Shown here piece after piece: positions 48,697 to 59,807 of a stretch of DNA of 64,000 nucleotides. Positions within the stretch are counted from its first letter, which is position 1, and every line of letters begins with the position of its first letter. A program made the translations under genes and the position numbers. The notes beneath the pieces were generated by a model, which ran no database searches, had not been told where the DNA came from, and saw nothing but the letters and a program-made list of their open reading frames with translations. Source of the DNA: Moniliella sp. 'wahieum' (Eukaryota); the NCBI GenBank assembly GCA_003971905.1, contig RSEE01000057.1, forward strand, positions 186,001 to 250,000, given 5' to 3'.

Positions 48697-51039
48697 TTAC
48701 GCCAATACCGCTCTTAAAGGTTCGGCCCGGCACAGCGCTCGCCGTGACGGGGTGCGTCTCGACTTGGGCCACGATGGAAGTGTCAGAGCCTCACTCAACC
48801 GATCGCCCCCCGTTTCGGACCGTGTGCATTCCAGAGTATGCGGGGGAGCTGTCATGGGGGCCGGGGGGAATTCAATGGACTCAGGTGCGCCTGAAACGTC
48901 CGAGGCCGCTGTTTCCACCAGTCGGGAGAGAAGACGGTGGGCCTGCGACGTGGTAGACCCGGTAGGAAGCGAAATGGAGCGGACTAACGGTTGGCGACCC
49001 CGCGATGCCACCGCAGTGACGGGCGCTACAGACGGCGGCACAGGGAGAGAGTAAAAGCTGCTGGTTGAAAGCCACATTTTGCCTCCAGATGATGGCGTTG
49101 CCGATGTGCTTGGTGCTCGCCACCCCAAGATAGAAGACATGCTGCTCACATTTCGTTTTTCCCGTGCCATGTCCGCGGAGAGTGCTGGGCTCAGCGTCGC
49201 CATCTCTCCTCTAGAGGAGGAGGGGGGAGCAGGGGACGTGCTTTCTCCCGTTTCTGGGTCAAAGCCGGGGCGATAAAAAGGAATGTTGGCAGCAGCTGAA
49301 CCTTCATTGTACGCATTCTCGTCGTCTTCCTTAGCATTCGCCGAGGGGTAGAAGTCCAAGTCGCAGGGGGGCTCGGGTGGGTACCTAAAAGAAAAGAGTA
49401 GACTGCGTCAGTTCTGCTATATACTTAACTCTTGAAAAACAGGGGCGGGGGTGACGTACAAGTGGCGGGTTGTCCATCGTTGGTAGCTCGGGGGTTTGCC
49501 ATACGCCTACATGCCATATAGGTTGGGTGGGCAAAACAGGAGAGAGGGGGTGGCGGATCAAGCGGCTCGGAGGGCAAGGAATGACTAATGGCTGAGGTGG
49601 GTCAGGAAGGCGGTAGACAAGGCTGCCCAAGGGCCCGATGGGGTCCGCATCGTCGGAAGGCGGGAGGGGGATCTCGCACGGCCCCATGTCAGGTGCTACA
49701 TCCAGAATGGCGCACGAGAAGGAACGGCCTTGGAGCTCAGGCGGAGGGCTCGGCGACGACCCTGGGGTCCACGGCCGGTGCGGCATCTGGCACGCCGTCG
49801 TCTCGGACCCATCCAAGGAGTCCCGAGCATTCCAGGACGCTGGTTCGAGCCAAGGCGGCGGCCGCAGCGTCAAATCCATATTTGCAACCGAGCCGGCTAG
49901 TTCGGGTATAGAACTGGGCTGCGGCGTTGGCTGGTCCCTGGCCCCCGGCGTGGGCTCGGGCTCTGAGGCTGGGATTGCCGAGGGTGTTGGGGCGCCTTGG
50001 AGCTCCGCATCCGGCTCCGAAGTTGTGGGAGGGGAACGCACAGCTTCGGTCTGGAGAGCCGAGGCGCCGGCTCTTGCGGATGCTTGGGTGGAGGTTGTGG
50101 GGGCGGTGGAGTCACCCCTGGGTGGCATGAGTGGAGGGAAGCTGCAAATCTCGCATTCGCATACTATGGAGCAGAGGCGCGAGGCAGGGGGGTTACGGTT
50201 GCTTGGGGGCGTGGAGGTGTCCGAAGCATGGGAAGATGCCAGGGTCGGCGCAGGATGGAGTGCCGGGGTCGAACTCGGTTCAGGTTGGCGAGGAGGGGGA
50301 TGGGGCGAGGATGAGGACATGGAAGAAGCCGCTGGTGTTGATGAGACTCCAGATGCTGGGCAAGGCGTGCCCTTTGACGTGCGGCGCTTGAGGATCTGCA
50401 GCCGGTTGCGGTGCGAGACCGGGCGGAGCTGGCTGGAGCATCAGTGGTCATAGGCTGCTGAGCATGTACGAGTGGGGCTGCGGGCGCAGGCATGGCCACT
50501 GGCACTGGCACCGGCACCGGCACCGGGAGGGGTACGATGGGATTGAGAGTGGGTGGGAAGGGGTTGCAGGGGAAACCGGGGGCTGGGGGGTGGAAGGCGT
50601 AATAGGGGGCGGGTGTGGACCCAGGGTATGGAGCCATGTAGGCAGTCCCAGGGACAAAACGAAGGTACATTGGCGCGGGAGAGGCATAGACAATCTGTGG
50701 CGTGCCATATCCTGCCCCTGGAGTGGGGTACGCCATGGGGGGCAAGGTGTTTTGCGGGAGTGTCTGGTGTGGGTGAGGCGTGGGCAGCAACGGGGGCTGC
50801 TGTTGCTGCTGCTGCTGTTGTTGTTGTTGTTGTTGTTGCGTGGGCTGCTGCTGCTGCTGTGGTTGCTGCTGCGGCTGTTGCAGTTGCGGTTGCGGTTGTG
50901 GTTGCATTTGCATTTGCGGTTGCTGCTGCTGCTGCTGTGGAGAGTGCGCGGGTTGGCAATGGACACCAAAACGCGGAGGAGGTGGGCAGGAGGGGTTGTG
51001 AACGTGCTTGCGCTTGTGTCCAGTGTGAAATGGCGCCAT
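48697..51039 (-). CDS. Hypothetical low-complexity protein (polyQ, Pro/Ser-rich)
   Basis: ATG 51039 (MAPFHTGHKRKH); chain of overlapping minus-strand ORFs 50164..51228, 49385..50320 and 48697..49359 joined by a frameshift and by intron 49385-49459 (GTACGT...CTGAC...TTTTAG), which splices in frame. Confidence 0.6.
50796..50940 (-). repeat. CAG/CAA trinucleotide repeats encoding polyQ
   Basis: (CTG)n/(TTG)n on the + strand within the hypothetical gene. Confidence 0.85.
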
Positions 51040-53007
51040 GGCGGAGAATGCGCCACAGCCGGCGCGGCAAGGAGACCGATAGGCGCGCAGCGCACACCCA
51101 CAGAGAGCAGAGCGATACGCGATGCGCGCGGAGGTCGACTTGGTGCGGGCTAAGCCTCTGCGCTGCGACAGGGATGAGGCAAGAAAAGCAAAGGCAGCAA
51201 TGCCGATGGCGGAGGTGGTGGAGGGCAAGATGCGAGCATGTCGTGGAATTGAAAGCTGTCAGCCTGTCATGGCAGTCAGCCGGCCAGTACTAGTCAGTGA
51301 CTCCTATTAAAAAAGCGGCGCAGCCGCAGCGTACGTTTTGTTTATAGTCACACTCCTATGTAGTCACGCTAGTCACGGGGCCTCCGCACTTTGGTTCGCA
51401 AGTTCCTTTGGGCAGCACCACCACGCGCCCATGAATAGTGACTCCTCTGAGAGAGTATTGGGGACAGCGAACACACGCAACCACCCAATCAAACCTCCTA
51501 TTCTTTCCGATGAAAGGGTGTGCGTCCATCATTAATCAGAAGCTGTCCTCTCTATGGTGTGTGATGTGCACGTCACGTGTGTGGGGCCCCGCACCAAGTT
51601 TGGATCGAGACAACAATCGTCGATAATCGATAACCCGCGATTGCGGAAGCTCGGGATTTCTTCTCTCTCGACTTCGCACTCGGCACCCCCTCAACCACGG
51701 AAGCGACAGAACAAAAGCGCATCCTTTGTCCATCATCTATGCGTGTAGACTGCGGTCCTCTCCGGCTCCCAGGCGGTAGACCAGGTTCACCTCGGTTCCA
51801 TCGGCTTCCACGCTGCGGGTATCGCGCCAGCGTGAGACACTGCCCCTGTTCCCTCCGTGGCATGATCTCTCCTGTGTGCCTCACCACTGGCCCTGTGTCT
51901 AGGCCGGCCTCCTATATAGATACCTCTGCAAATCCCTCACCTTCTCATCTTTCTGTCCAACAGGCACCCTGGGTCCATTAAAACAATGCGGTCCCCGCGG
52001 TACTAAAAGGCATCTAGAAGTTACGCGGCAGAGCCACATAGCATACTGTTGATTCCAAAAACCCTGATGAGATCGAGAAGCACATTTTTATTGCCAAGTA
52101 TCTATTCGAGAGGGAAATCACTTTGACATGCTCATGAGCTTACCCCCTTCGAATGGGAGGATACGCGGCTGTCCACTCGCACGTTTAATGCATGTCCATG
52201 AGCCAAAAAATGCTTCAAAGGGGAATCGAACCCCTGTCATATCGACGCAACACTTCGTGATGGCAACGATATAGTATACCACTAACCCATTGAAGCTTAT
52301 ATAAACGGTGACACTACAGTTTTTCACCACTAATGTGCGCATCGTCTTTCCTTCCTCTTTTCCTCCTGCACCATGGGAGAGCATGGCGATTGAAGACGCC
52401 AGTCCAGTGAGAGGAAAGCCAAGTCCAGCTGACCTGGCAGCCCATCTCTCTCGTACAGACCTTAAAGTAACGGTCAACGCCTCAGCGTTGATTTCGCCCA
52501 TACCCGTTGCCCTGCGATTATACCGCAGTTATCGGGTAACCCAACTGCACCATTGTTCTCTTCGTTCTTCCAGCTGTCCCATACTATCATTTTAGAGAGT
52601 CTTCCGCCCAACAGACAACCCTTCCCTGTGAGGTCATGATGCACAGCCGGTGATGGACGTGCATGCCCATATTTGAATGCCCTAATAGCACCACGGTCAG
52701 TTTTCCTCTACAGCTTCTGAAAAGGTGAGAACTAAGCTGCTGTTTGCTGTGGGCCGTTTTAACAAGCGAGACCAGGCAATGTGCGGTATGGATGAGATGG
52801 TATCGGAACAAAACGGGCAAGTGGCACGGGGGTAGGAGGGGGAGGTGCCAAGGTTACTGAAAAGGGACACGGAATAGGCAGTGAGAATCAGCCCAATGAG
52901 AGAAACACGCCCGAGAGTGGGCTAGATTGGTCAGGCAAGCATGCCAGCGCAGCAGCAGGAAGGAAGCTGGCTTAGGCGCTTAGGATGCAGAGTGCAGGGC
53001 TCAGGGC

Positions 53008-55781
53008 TCAAGAGACTGGATCTGCCGAGCCCAGTTCGCACCGAACATAAAACACTTGCTGGGCCGACGCAAACGCGTCCTCCTGACCGGCCAGCAATCG
53101 AAGATCGACGCTCCACAAGCCGGGGATGCGCCCTACGCGGGTCACCTCCACTGAAAAGACCACCTTTTCCGTCGGGGACGACGTATACGGGTCTCGCCAC
53201 CGGCACCCCACACATGCGGTGCGGGCACATGCGTCTCTGCGCCCATATCGGCCAGCGCTTTGGTCACGCGGTCCACGATTTGAGACAAGGAGAGGGAAGT
53301 GAGAGCCTCTTCGCGCAACTCGCCTTCGTGGGCGCGTAGTTCTTCACTTAACGTTGCTGTGGCGGCTAACGTGCCCGGACGGGTGTGGGCAACGACCGGG
53401 CCCGGTGCACTGGGGTATGTCCGTGTTCCTGTTTCTTTCCCAGCATGCGCAGAAACTTGCGTCCGGACGATTTGGTGGATCCGACCCAGCGCGCACTACC
53501 GCTTGCCTTGGTACTAGCTTTGGCACTGCCACGACCACTGTTCGCATCTGGAGAAAGCAAATTGGGACTTTCGGCACCAGGACGGTGGTGGAAAAGGGAG
53601 AAGATCTTGTCCAAATTCGATCGGGGTTTGGCACGTACCCCATCACCGTTTTTTGCCCAGACGTGGCGGAGGTAGGGGTAGGCAAGGCCGTCGCCCGCCG
53701 CGCTCGTGTACGCTCAGGCTGCTCCGGTTCACTGAACCGCATCTTGCTGGAGGTTGGTCCTGGCGTCGTAACCACGATCGCATTGTTCGACCGAAAGTTG
53801 GGCATGAGAGTCACGGCACGACGGTTGGGGGAGGTGATGACCGACTGGGGCGGGGGGGCAGGGGCGGGGGCGGGGGCGTCTTGACCCGAATCTGTTTGCG
53901 GGACTTGGCCGGGGGTGGAGACGGAAACTGAGGTGTGTTGGGGCGAGGTCGTGATCGAAGGTTGAGATTGGGGAGGTGTGGAGATCGAAGAGCGGCGTAC
54001 CGGGGACGTGATAATCGAAACGTTACGTTGGCGGGGCGGAGCGGTGTTCGCACCTGAGGCTTTGGGGGGAGAGGGAATGGGATCTGAGGGGTCGGGGAGG
54101 CTAGCGGTCAGACCCGTCTGAGGCGTTGGTGTGGGTTCACATGCGGGCTGGGAGCGGGAAGAGGAAGCCAGAGGGGCACGGTCGGGAATGTCGTTGGGGG
54201 TGGTACGCAGTTCGTCAGAGCGCGCGGCAGTGGTGGTAGGGACCGAAGTCCCAACCGAGGCACTGGAGGTACGTGTGTGTGTCACGGTGGGGCTGGGTAG
54301 TTATCGCAGGCGCCGTCGAATCCGGGGTCACGCTTGCTAGTGCCCCGGGGCCCGCGGGCGATGGAACAGAGGGTGTGAAACGAAAGAAGCAGATGACTTC
54401 TGCTCCTCAGCGCCGCCGGGCGGCGAGGTAGGTGGGACCAGTCCAGATTCCTGCCGCACCAAGGTAGCGCCGATGGATTCAGAAGGAGGAGAAGAAGGGA
54501 GTGGCGAAGAGGGTGCAGGGACGATCGGGGCACGCGACTGGGCTTGGCGCTTGACCTGCTGAGCCAAGGCGGCGTGCTCGAGCTCAGGCACGCCAAACCG
54601 GAAGAGCTCCGTGTAGGGCTCCAACCACGGGTGGGAACGGACCTGGTCCAACGTCATCCGCTTAGCAGGGTTGGGCGTAAGCATACCGAGAAGCAACGCC
54701 CGCGGCGCCGCGGGCACGTGGTCGGCAAAACTGAGGGGTGTATTTGCGATGTAGCGGTAGAGCTGGTGGATATTGCTGCTTTCGGGATTGGTAGGGTCGT
54801 CGTCGAAGGGGAGAAATCCCGAGAGCATGGCGTACAGGATCACGCCGCCGGACCACACGTCGACCAGAGGGCCATGGTAGGGCTGATCAGACAGGACGAG
54901 TTCAGGGGCAGCATAGCAGGGAGAGCCGCATGATGTGGCCATCAGGCTGCCTTGTCCTAGGAGTCCAGCAAAGCCAAAGTCGGTGATGAGGATGTTGCGA
55001 TGGCGGTCGAGCAGCACATTTTCCAGTTTGAGATCGCGGTGTACAACTCCCTTGGCATGCATGTACCACATTGCTGAAACGAGCTGGGCAAAGATGCGGC
55101 GCGCCTCACGCTCGCGCAAGAACTGATGGGCGAGAATGTAATCGAACAGCTCACCGCCCGATGCATACTCCAGCACGATTCCCATCCAGCGATCGCTGGT
55201 GATAATCTCAAAAAGAGCGACAATGTTGGGGTGATGGAGGCGGCGGAGGAGACTAGTTTCCTTGCGCACGCGCGCCCATTTGGTCTCTTCGAGCTCCGAT
55301 TTGCCCGCATCATCGTGGTCCGTCTCCCCGGGCACACGTTTGATGAGCTTGATAGCAACCTCGTCGCCTTGAGGGGTGCGGAGACCAAGCTTAACTTTGC
55401 CAAACTGGCCCTCACCCAGAGTGTGGAGCAGGACATAGGAGCCAAACTGGACGTAGGGGCGGGTGAGCTTGGTGGCTGGAGTGGGCTGGGTGGGCTGGGG
55501 GGGAAGGTGTTGGAGGGGGCCGAGGGAGGGGCAGTGGCCGGTGCTGGGGCAGGGGCTGGGGCAGGGGACGTAAGCGTCGGCGTTGCCCAAACAGAGCTGC
55601 TCAAGCCTTGGACGTTGTGGGGTTGGGCGGTGGCACGGCGACTGGGCGCGTGGGCAAGGATGCTGGCAGGCGTGGCGCTGGTGCGGGTGGCGGCCAGGGG
55701 CAGAGCAGTGGGTGATGGAGTGGGCATTGCCGTTGCGCCTCGCTGGGCTCGCCGGCTGTTGCCCCTCATCGTGCTGGACAT
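53008..55781 (-). CDS. KIN4: Ser/Thr protein kinase, CAMK-like Kin4/Frk1/Ppk1 subfamily, with C-terminal KA1-like domain
   Basis: LGEGQFGKVKLG, VAIKLIKR, LEYASGGELFDYILAH, HRDLKLEN, TDFGFA, MATSCGSPCYAAPELV, GFLPFDDDPTNP...NIHQLYRYI (Kin4-type). C-terminal VVFSVEVTRVGRIPGLWSVDLRLLAG. Start MSSTMRGNSRR at 55781; several frameshifts. Confidence 0.85.
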
Positions 55782-55807
55782 GGCGATGGGGGGAGAATAG
55801 GAGGGCG

Positions 55808-55853
55808 GAGGAGGAGGAAGAGGAGCAGGAGGAGCAGGAGGAGCAAGAGGAGC

Positions 55854-55887
<34 letters not shown>

Positions 55888-55905
55888 AGAGCAAGAACAG
55901 GAGAT
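55808..55905 (+). repeat. (GAGCAG)n-type microsatellite immediately upstream of the kinase start
   Basis: ggagcaggaggagcaggag...gcaggagcaggagcaggagcaagagcaagaacagg read directly. Confidence 0.85.
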
Positions 55906-56589
55906 GGAGGGCCGGCGGAAACGGAAAGAAGAGTGATGGCTAGGTGACCGAGAAGAAAGACCCTGGAAGGAGCCAGTCTGTCCCTGGCCAGCCCAGCGCG
56001 TGCGCTGCTCGCCGCGGGCGGAGCAGGGGGGCAGTCGCAGGCGCTGCGGCCAGGGTGTTGTACACTGGGTGAGACGCATGTGCAAGAGAGCTGCTCGCTG
56101 CTGGGAAGCCGGCGGGCACTGTGGCGCGTTCATGTACAACAACGCCATCCTCCTCTGCGCACCGTCACCGGTCAGATCCCACACCGTCCAGATCTCAGAC
56201 CAGTCAGACCCACGGGCGGCAGGCACGGCGCCAGTGCCGCGGGCCAGCACGCACCCACCGACTCCCACCAGGGCGCACCCGAACGCTGCCCCCATGCCGG
56301 GGACCATGGGTGTATCCACCTGGGTCGGGGGCAGCCGCAGCACAGCGCAGGTGCCGCCTGTCCAGACGCTGCGCACAGTGCTGCTCCGTCGCCGGGCAAA
56401 GCCGAAGCCATATCACGTGACCTATCACCACGCATCGTAGGTATTGCACGCTGCGCTGCCTTGCACCCTGTTACACCCCATCTGCTCGGCGCGCGCAGGC
56501 TGTCCAGGCTGCTCTGGCACACTGGTCTCCTTATTTCCTGAAAAGCTCAGATGGCGCTTCCCTTTCCAGGCCCAGGCCCGAGGGCGATT

Positions 56590-58295
56590 GGGCTTGAAGA
56601 GCTTGAAGCTTGAAGCTTGAGGGATGCTGCCATCGAGCCATCCCGTGCCATGTGACATCATATGTGATAGGTCTCTGCATCACCAGCCCCTCACCCCTCT
56701 TACCCACCCAGACACTCCCCCTCCACGGATGCACGCGCTACGGGCCACGTAACGCGTAAGGCCATACTGGTTTATAACACTGCAACAATACCAAGGTCTG
56801 AAGATTACTCTCGCCCTTGTAGGGCGTCAGCGCATCAGCCTGCCAACAGCATCTAATTTTTGTCCCTCTGTCTTATACGTGTGTTTTGCCATGAATGATA
56901 TGAATGCAAAACAGAGCTCTATTACGCGTTACGCTCAAAAAGGGCTCAGGCGCTCCTACTGAGCTGTCAAAGCCTGGTCGACTGGAAGCGTGAGCGCTTG
57001 GGCATCAATTATCGATCATCGATCAAGCCCAGATCTCCCGCTTCAAGATGAAGCGCTTGGCGTCTCTAAGAATACTCCGTTACTAGGGGACGTTGAGCAC
57101 TGAGTACGTGTTGAGTTGACTGAGTCTCAGTACTGGGGGGGTGTTGAATATACTGAGTACTATGAGTACTGTGAGTACTGAGTATTGAGTTTGAGTACTT
57201 TGAGTAATTTGAGTACTGATGCACGATGCACTGATGTGTTGTACTGAAGTACTGATGAGTAACTGAGTCAGTACTGAGTCTCAGTACTCATCGACATCGA
57301 TCATCAACTGTATGCATCAACACAGTGCCATCAGTACATCAGTATACTTAAAAGTACGTAAGTGTGCTTCAGCCTTCCTTCAGCCGCTGAAGGCTGGCTA
57401 AAGGCTTGTACGGACGGGCACGGGCTCCCGGGCGATTCCGCCCGGGTTCCGTTTCCCGTCCGGCAGGTTCCGCTCTTCCTTCTCTTCATCCATCTGTCTA
57501 CACCTCTGTCTGTCTGTCTGCGCTGCACCCGCACAAGGCTCAGCCTGAGTGCTTCAAGCTTCAATGATCGGCCATTGATTGCATTATGGCCACAAACAAA
57601 CGTTGAGATATGTTCAACGTTGAAGCTTGAAGCTTGAAGCTTGAAGTTGTTCAACGTTCAACCTGGGAACTGGTAACTAGTAACTGGCAAGCTCATATGC
57701 AACGTTCTCAGCGTTTACAATGGCATGCTTCCCTGCTCTCGCTTCTCAACTCTCAACTCTCAACTCTCAACACTCTCAACCACATGCTCCGCATCACATG
57801 TCACATGTATCACAGTTCACACGTCCCATGTCACGGCGTCACTAGGTCACATTGGGCGGTCTCCGATCTCACATGTCACACAGGAAAGTAGAACCCCTCC
57901 ATGCATGACATTTGTGACATGCATGTGACATGTGACGACAAAAAGGGGTGATGGTGAGAGCCAGTGACTAGTGAGACCTGAGATTCTGAGAACACGCCCG
58001 AATGGAGATAGGCGAACCATCGACCATCAAGCTTCAGATGAAGTCTCAGATCGTCAGAGACTCTCTCCCATCATTAATCATTGACATTCGTTGTTCTCTG
58101 GACACAGGGAAAGAGCAGAGATCTCGCAGGTGCGTCCCTGTAACACTTGTGCGGCGTTTCATGTCATCTCACCCTGCCACGGGGCGGGTCCAGCCCGTAA
58201 CACTCTCGGTCTACTTATCGAAATCATCGGACAACCGCCGTGCAGTTCCGTCACGCGTCACGGCTTCACTGATATATGATGAGATCTGAGACTTG
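56590..58295. repeat. Cluster of 7-bp periodic TNA + 4-bp-palindrome repeats (cluster C)
   Basis: TGAAGCT units at 56600-56620; dense TGAGTAC block 57095-57290; TCAACGT(TGAAGCT)3 at 57614-57641; (TCAACTC)n at 57746-57780; TCACATG/TGACATG at 57790-57935. Confidence 0.85.
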
Positions 58296-59283
58296 GAGCT
58301 TTTGGAGTCCAGTGTCCAGTATTGTGGTCGTCGAGATGGGGATGCAGTTGCACTATAGTGATGGCGGTGGTAGTCTAAGCCAACCAACAACACCTAACAA
58401 ATAAACACCACAAGCAGCCAATATCAACAGTCGCCACCATAGGGGCTATATCTAAGTGTAGGCTGCGGAACAGGGAAAAGGAAGCTAGAAAACAACGGAA
58501 CTCCTAGGCCTTACGGGCCGGAGGAGAGCTTCAAGGGGTCTTGGTCAAACACTCGAGCCACCCGGTGGCTCAACATTCACCGATCACCACAGGCTTACAG
58601 AGGCCTATATACATGTCTTTTTATGCACTACCTAATAAGACTCGAATCTTTATGTACAAAACCTCCTGAGTGGGCCGTCGCAAAAGGCTCTTTTTCTATC
58701 CTCATTCCCTGTTGGGAGATCTCATCCCTGCAACCCAAAACAAAGTTTAGGTCATTATACGTAGTTGCGGGTCCGGACACAATAGAGGCGATGTCCGCGT
58801 ATGGGAGCGCGGTACAGGTCAGAGAACCACAGAATTGCCTTTTTGGAATGCCGGAAGAAGGAGCTGCTTCGACTATTGGGACAAGAAGCAGAATGCGACA
58901 AGAACTCCCAAGTGCCACGGACGCACCCAAGAACCCTTCTTTCTCTGAGGACACTATGCTACCAAGGCGATGAAGGAGATGGCTGGGCACTTGTGAGAAT
59001 TAACCGATCGAGATGAGTCTGTCACATTGTGGAGATGGTTCATCGCTCAGATGTCTGCTACGCTCATTCGTACCCACGTGCGCTACATCCGGTTTGGATG
59101 GGGGAGGGCGCCACAGAGGTTCCTGGCCTGCTCGTGACTCACTTTTTGGCGTCAGCAAGCGGTACACGCTGGATGAGCAAAGGTCGGTTTGGACGCAGCG
59201 TTTCTTTGTCCCAACCTTATTATATTTTGTGATAGATATCAGGAACATGATTGGATTCCATGCAAACAACTGAAAAATAACAA

Positions 59284-59355
59284 GCCTCTTTGGCTCAGTG
59301 GTAAAGCATCTCACTAGTAATGAGAAGATCGGTCGTTCGATTCGGCCAAGAGGCA
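59284..59355 (+). tRNA. tRNA-Thr(AGT): tRNA-Thr (anticodon AGT), intronless
   Basis: Acceptor stem GCCTCTT/AAGAGGC, D arm GCTCAGTGGTAAAGC, anticodon arm TCTCA-CTAGTAA-TGAGA (AGT at 59316-59318), T loop GTTCGATTC, 72 nt. Confidence 0.95.
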
Positions 59356-59357
59356 AA

Positions 59358-59363
59358 TTTTTT
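59358..59363 (+). terminator. RNA polymerase III oligo-T terminator
   Basis: T6 run beginning 3 nt after the tRNA discriminator base. Confidence 0.75.
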
Positions 59364-59807
59364 GTAGTTACTCCGCGGCCTTCTTTTACTCCATCGCTTG
59401 TGCTTGAAGCTTGGTCTTGACTTGATCGATCGATCCGTCACTCAGTTTTCCGAGGCCGATATAAAAGACCCACTGCACTTGTACAGGGCGACAAGGAAGC
59501 GAGCGCTTGAAGCTGGAAGGAGGATGCTGGAAGTGTGAAGACCCTAGTAGCACGGAGGACAGTGTGTGGGGCCCCAGACGCAACAGGGGCGGCTGGCACG
59601 TGCACCCTCTTCCGAATAGCTGTGCCAATCGAGAAACGCAGACGCAGCCCGAGACACGAAAGAAAAAACAAAAAACAAAACAAAACAAAATGCAAAATGC
59701 AAATCCGAGGGCTGGACCCGGTCACGTGTGCCATCGCTCGTCTGCCACACCACTACCACCCTTGGGCGCCCCCCGTCCCGCCCAGACCCATCCCATCGCA
59801 TCTCCCC

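Noticed and set aside
50780..51001. Cys-rich 73-aa ORF resembling a metallothionein
   Set aside because: It is the antisense reading of the CAG/CAA polyQ tract of the minus-strand gene.
55782..56376. N-terminal extension of the 679-aa kinase ORF with SC repeats
   Set aside because: It arises from a frameshift joining the kinase frame to upstream microsatellite sequence; ATG 55781 in another frame is the more plausible start.
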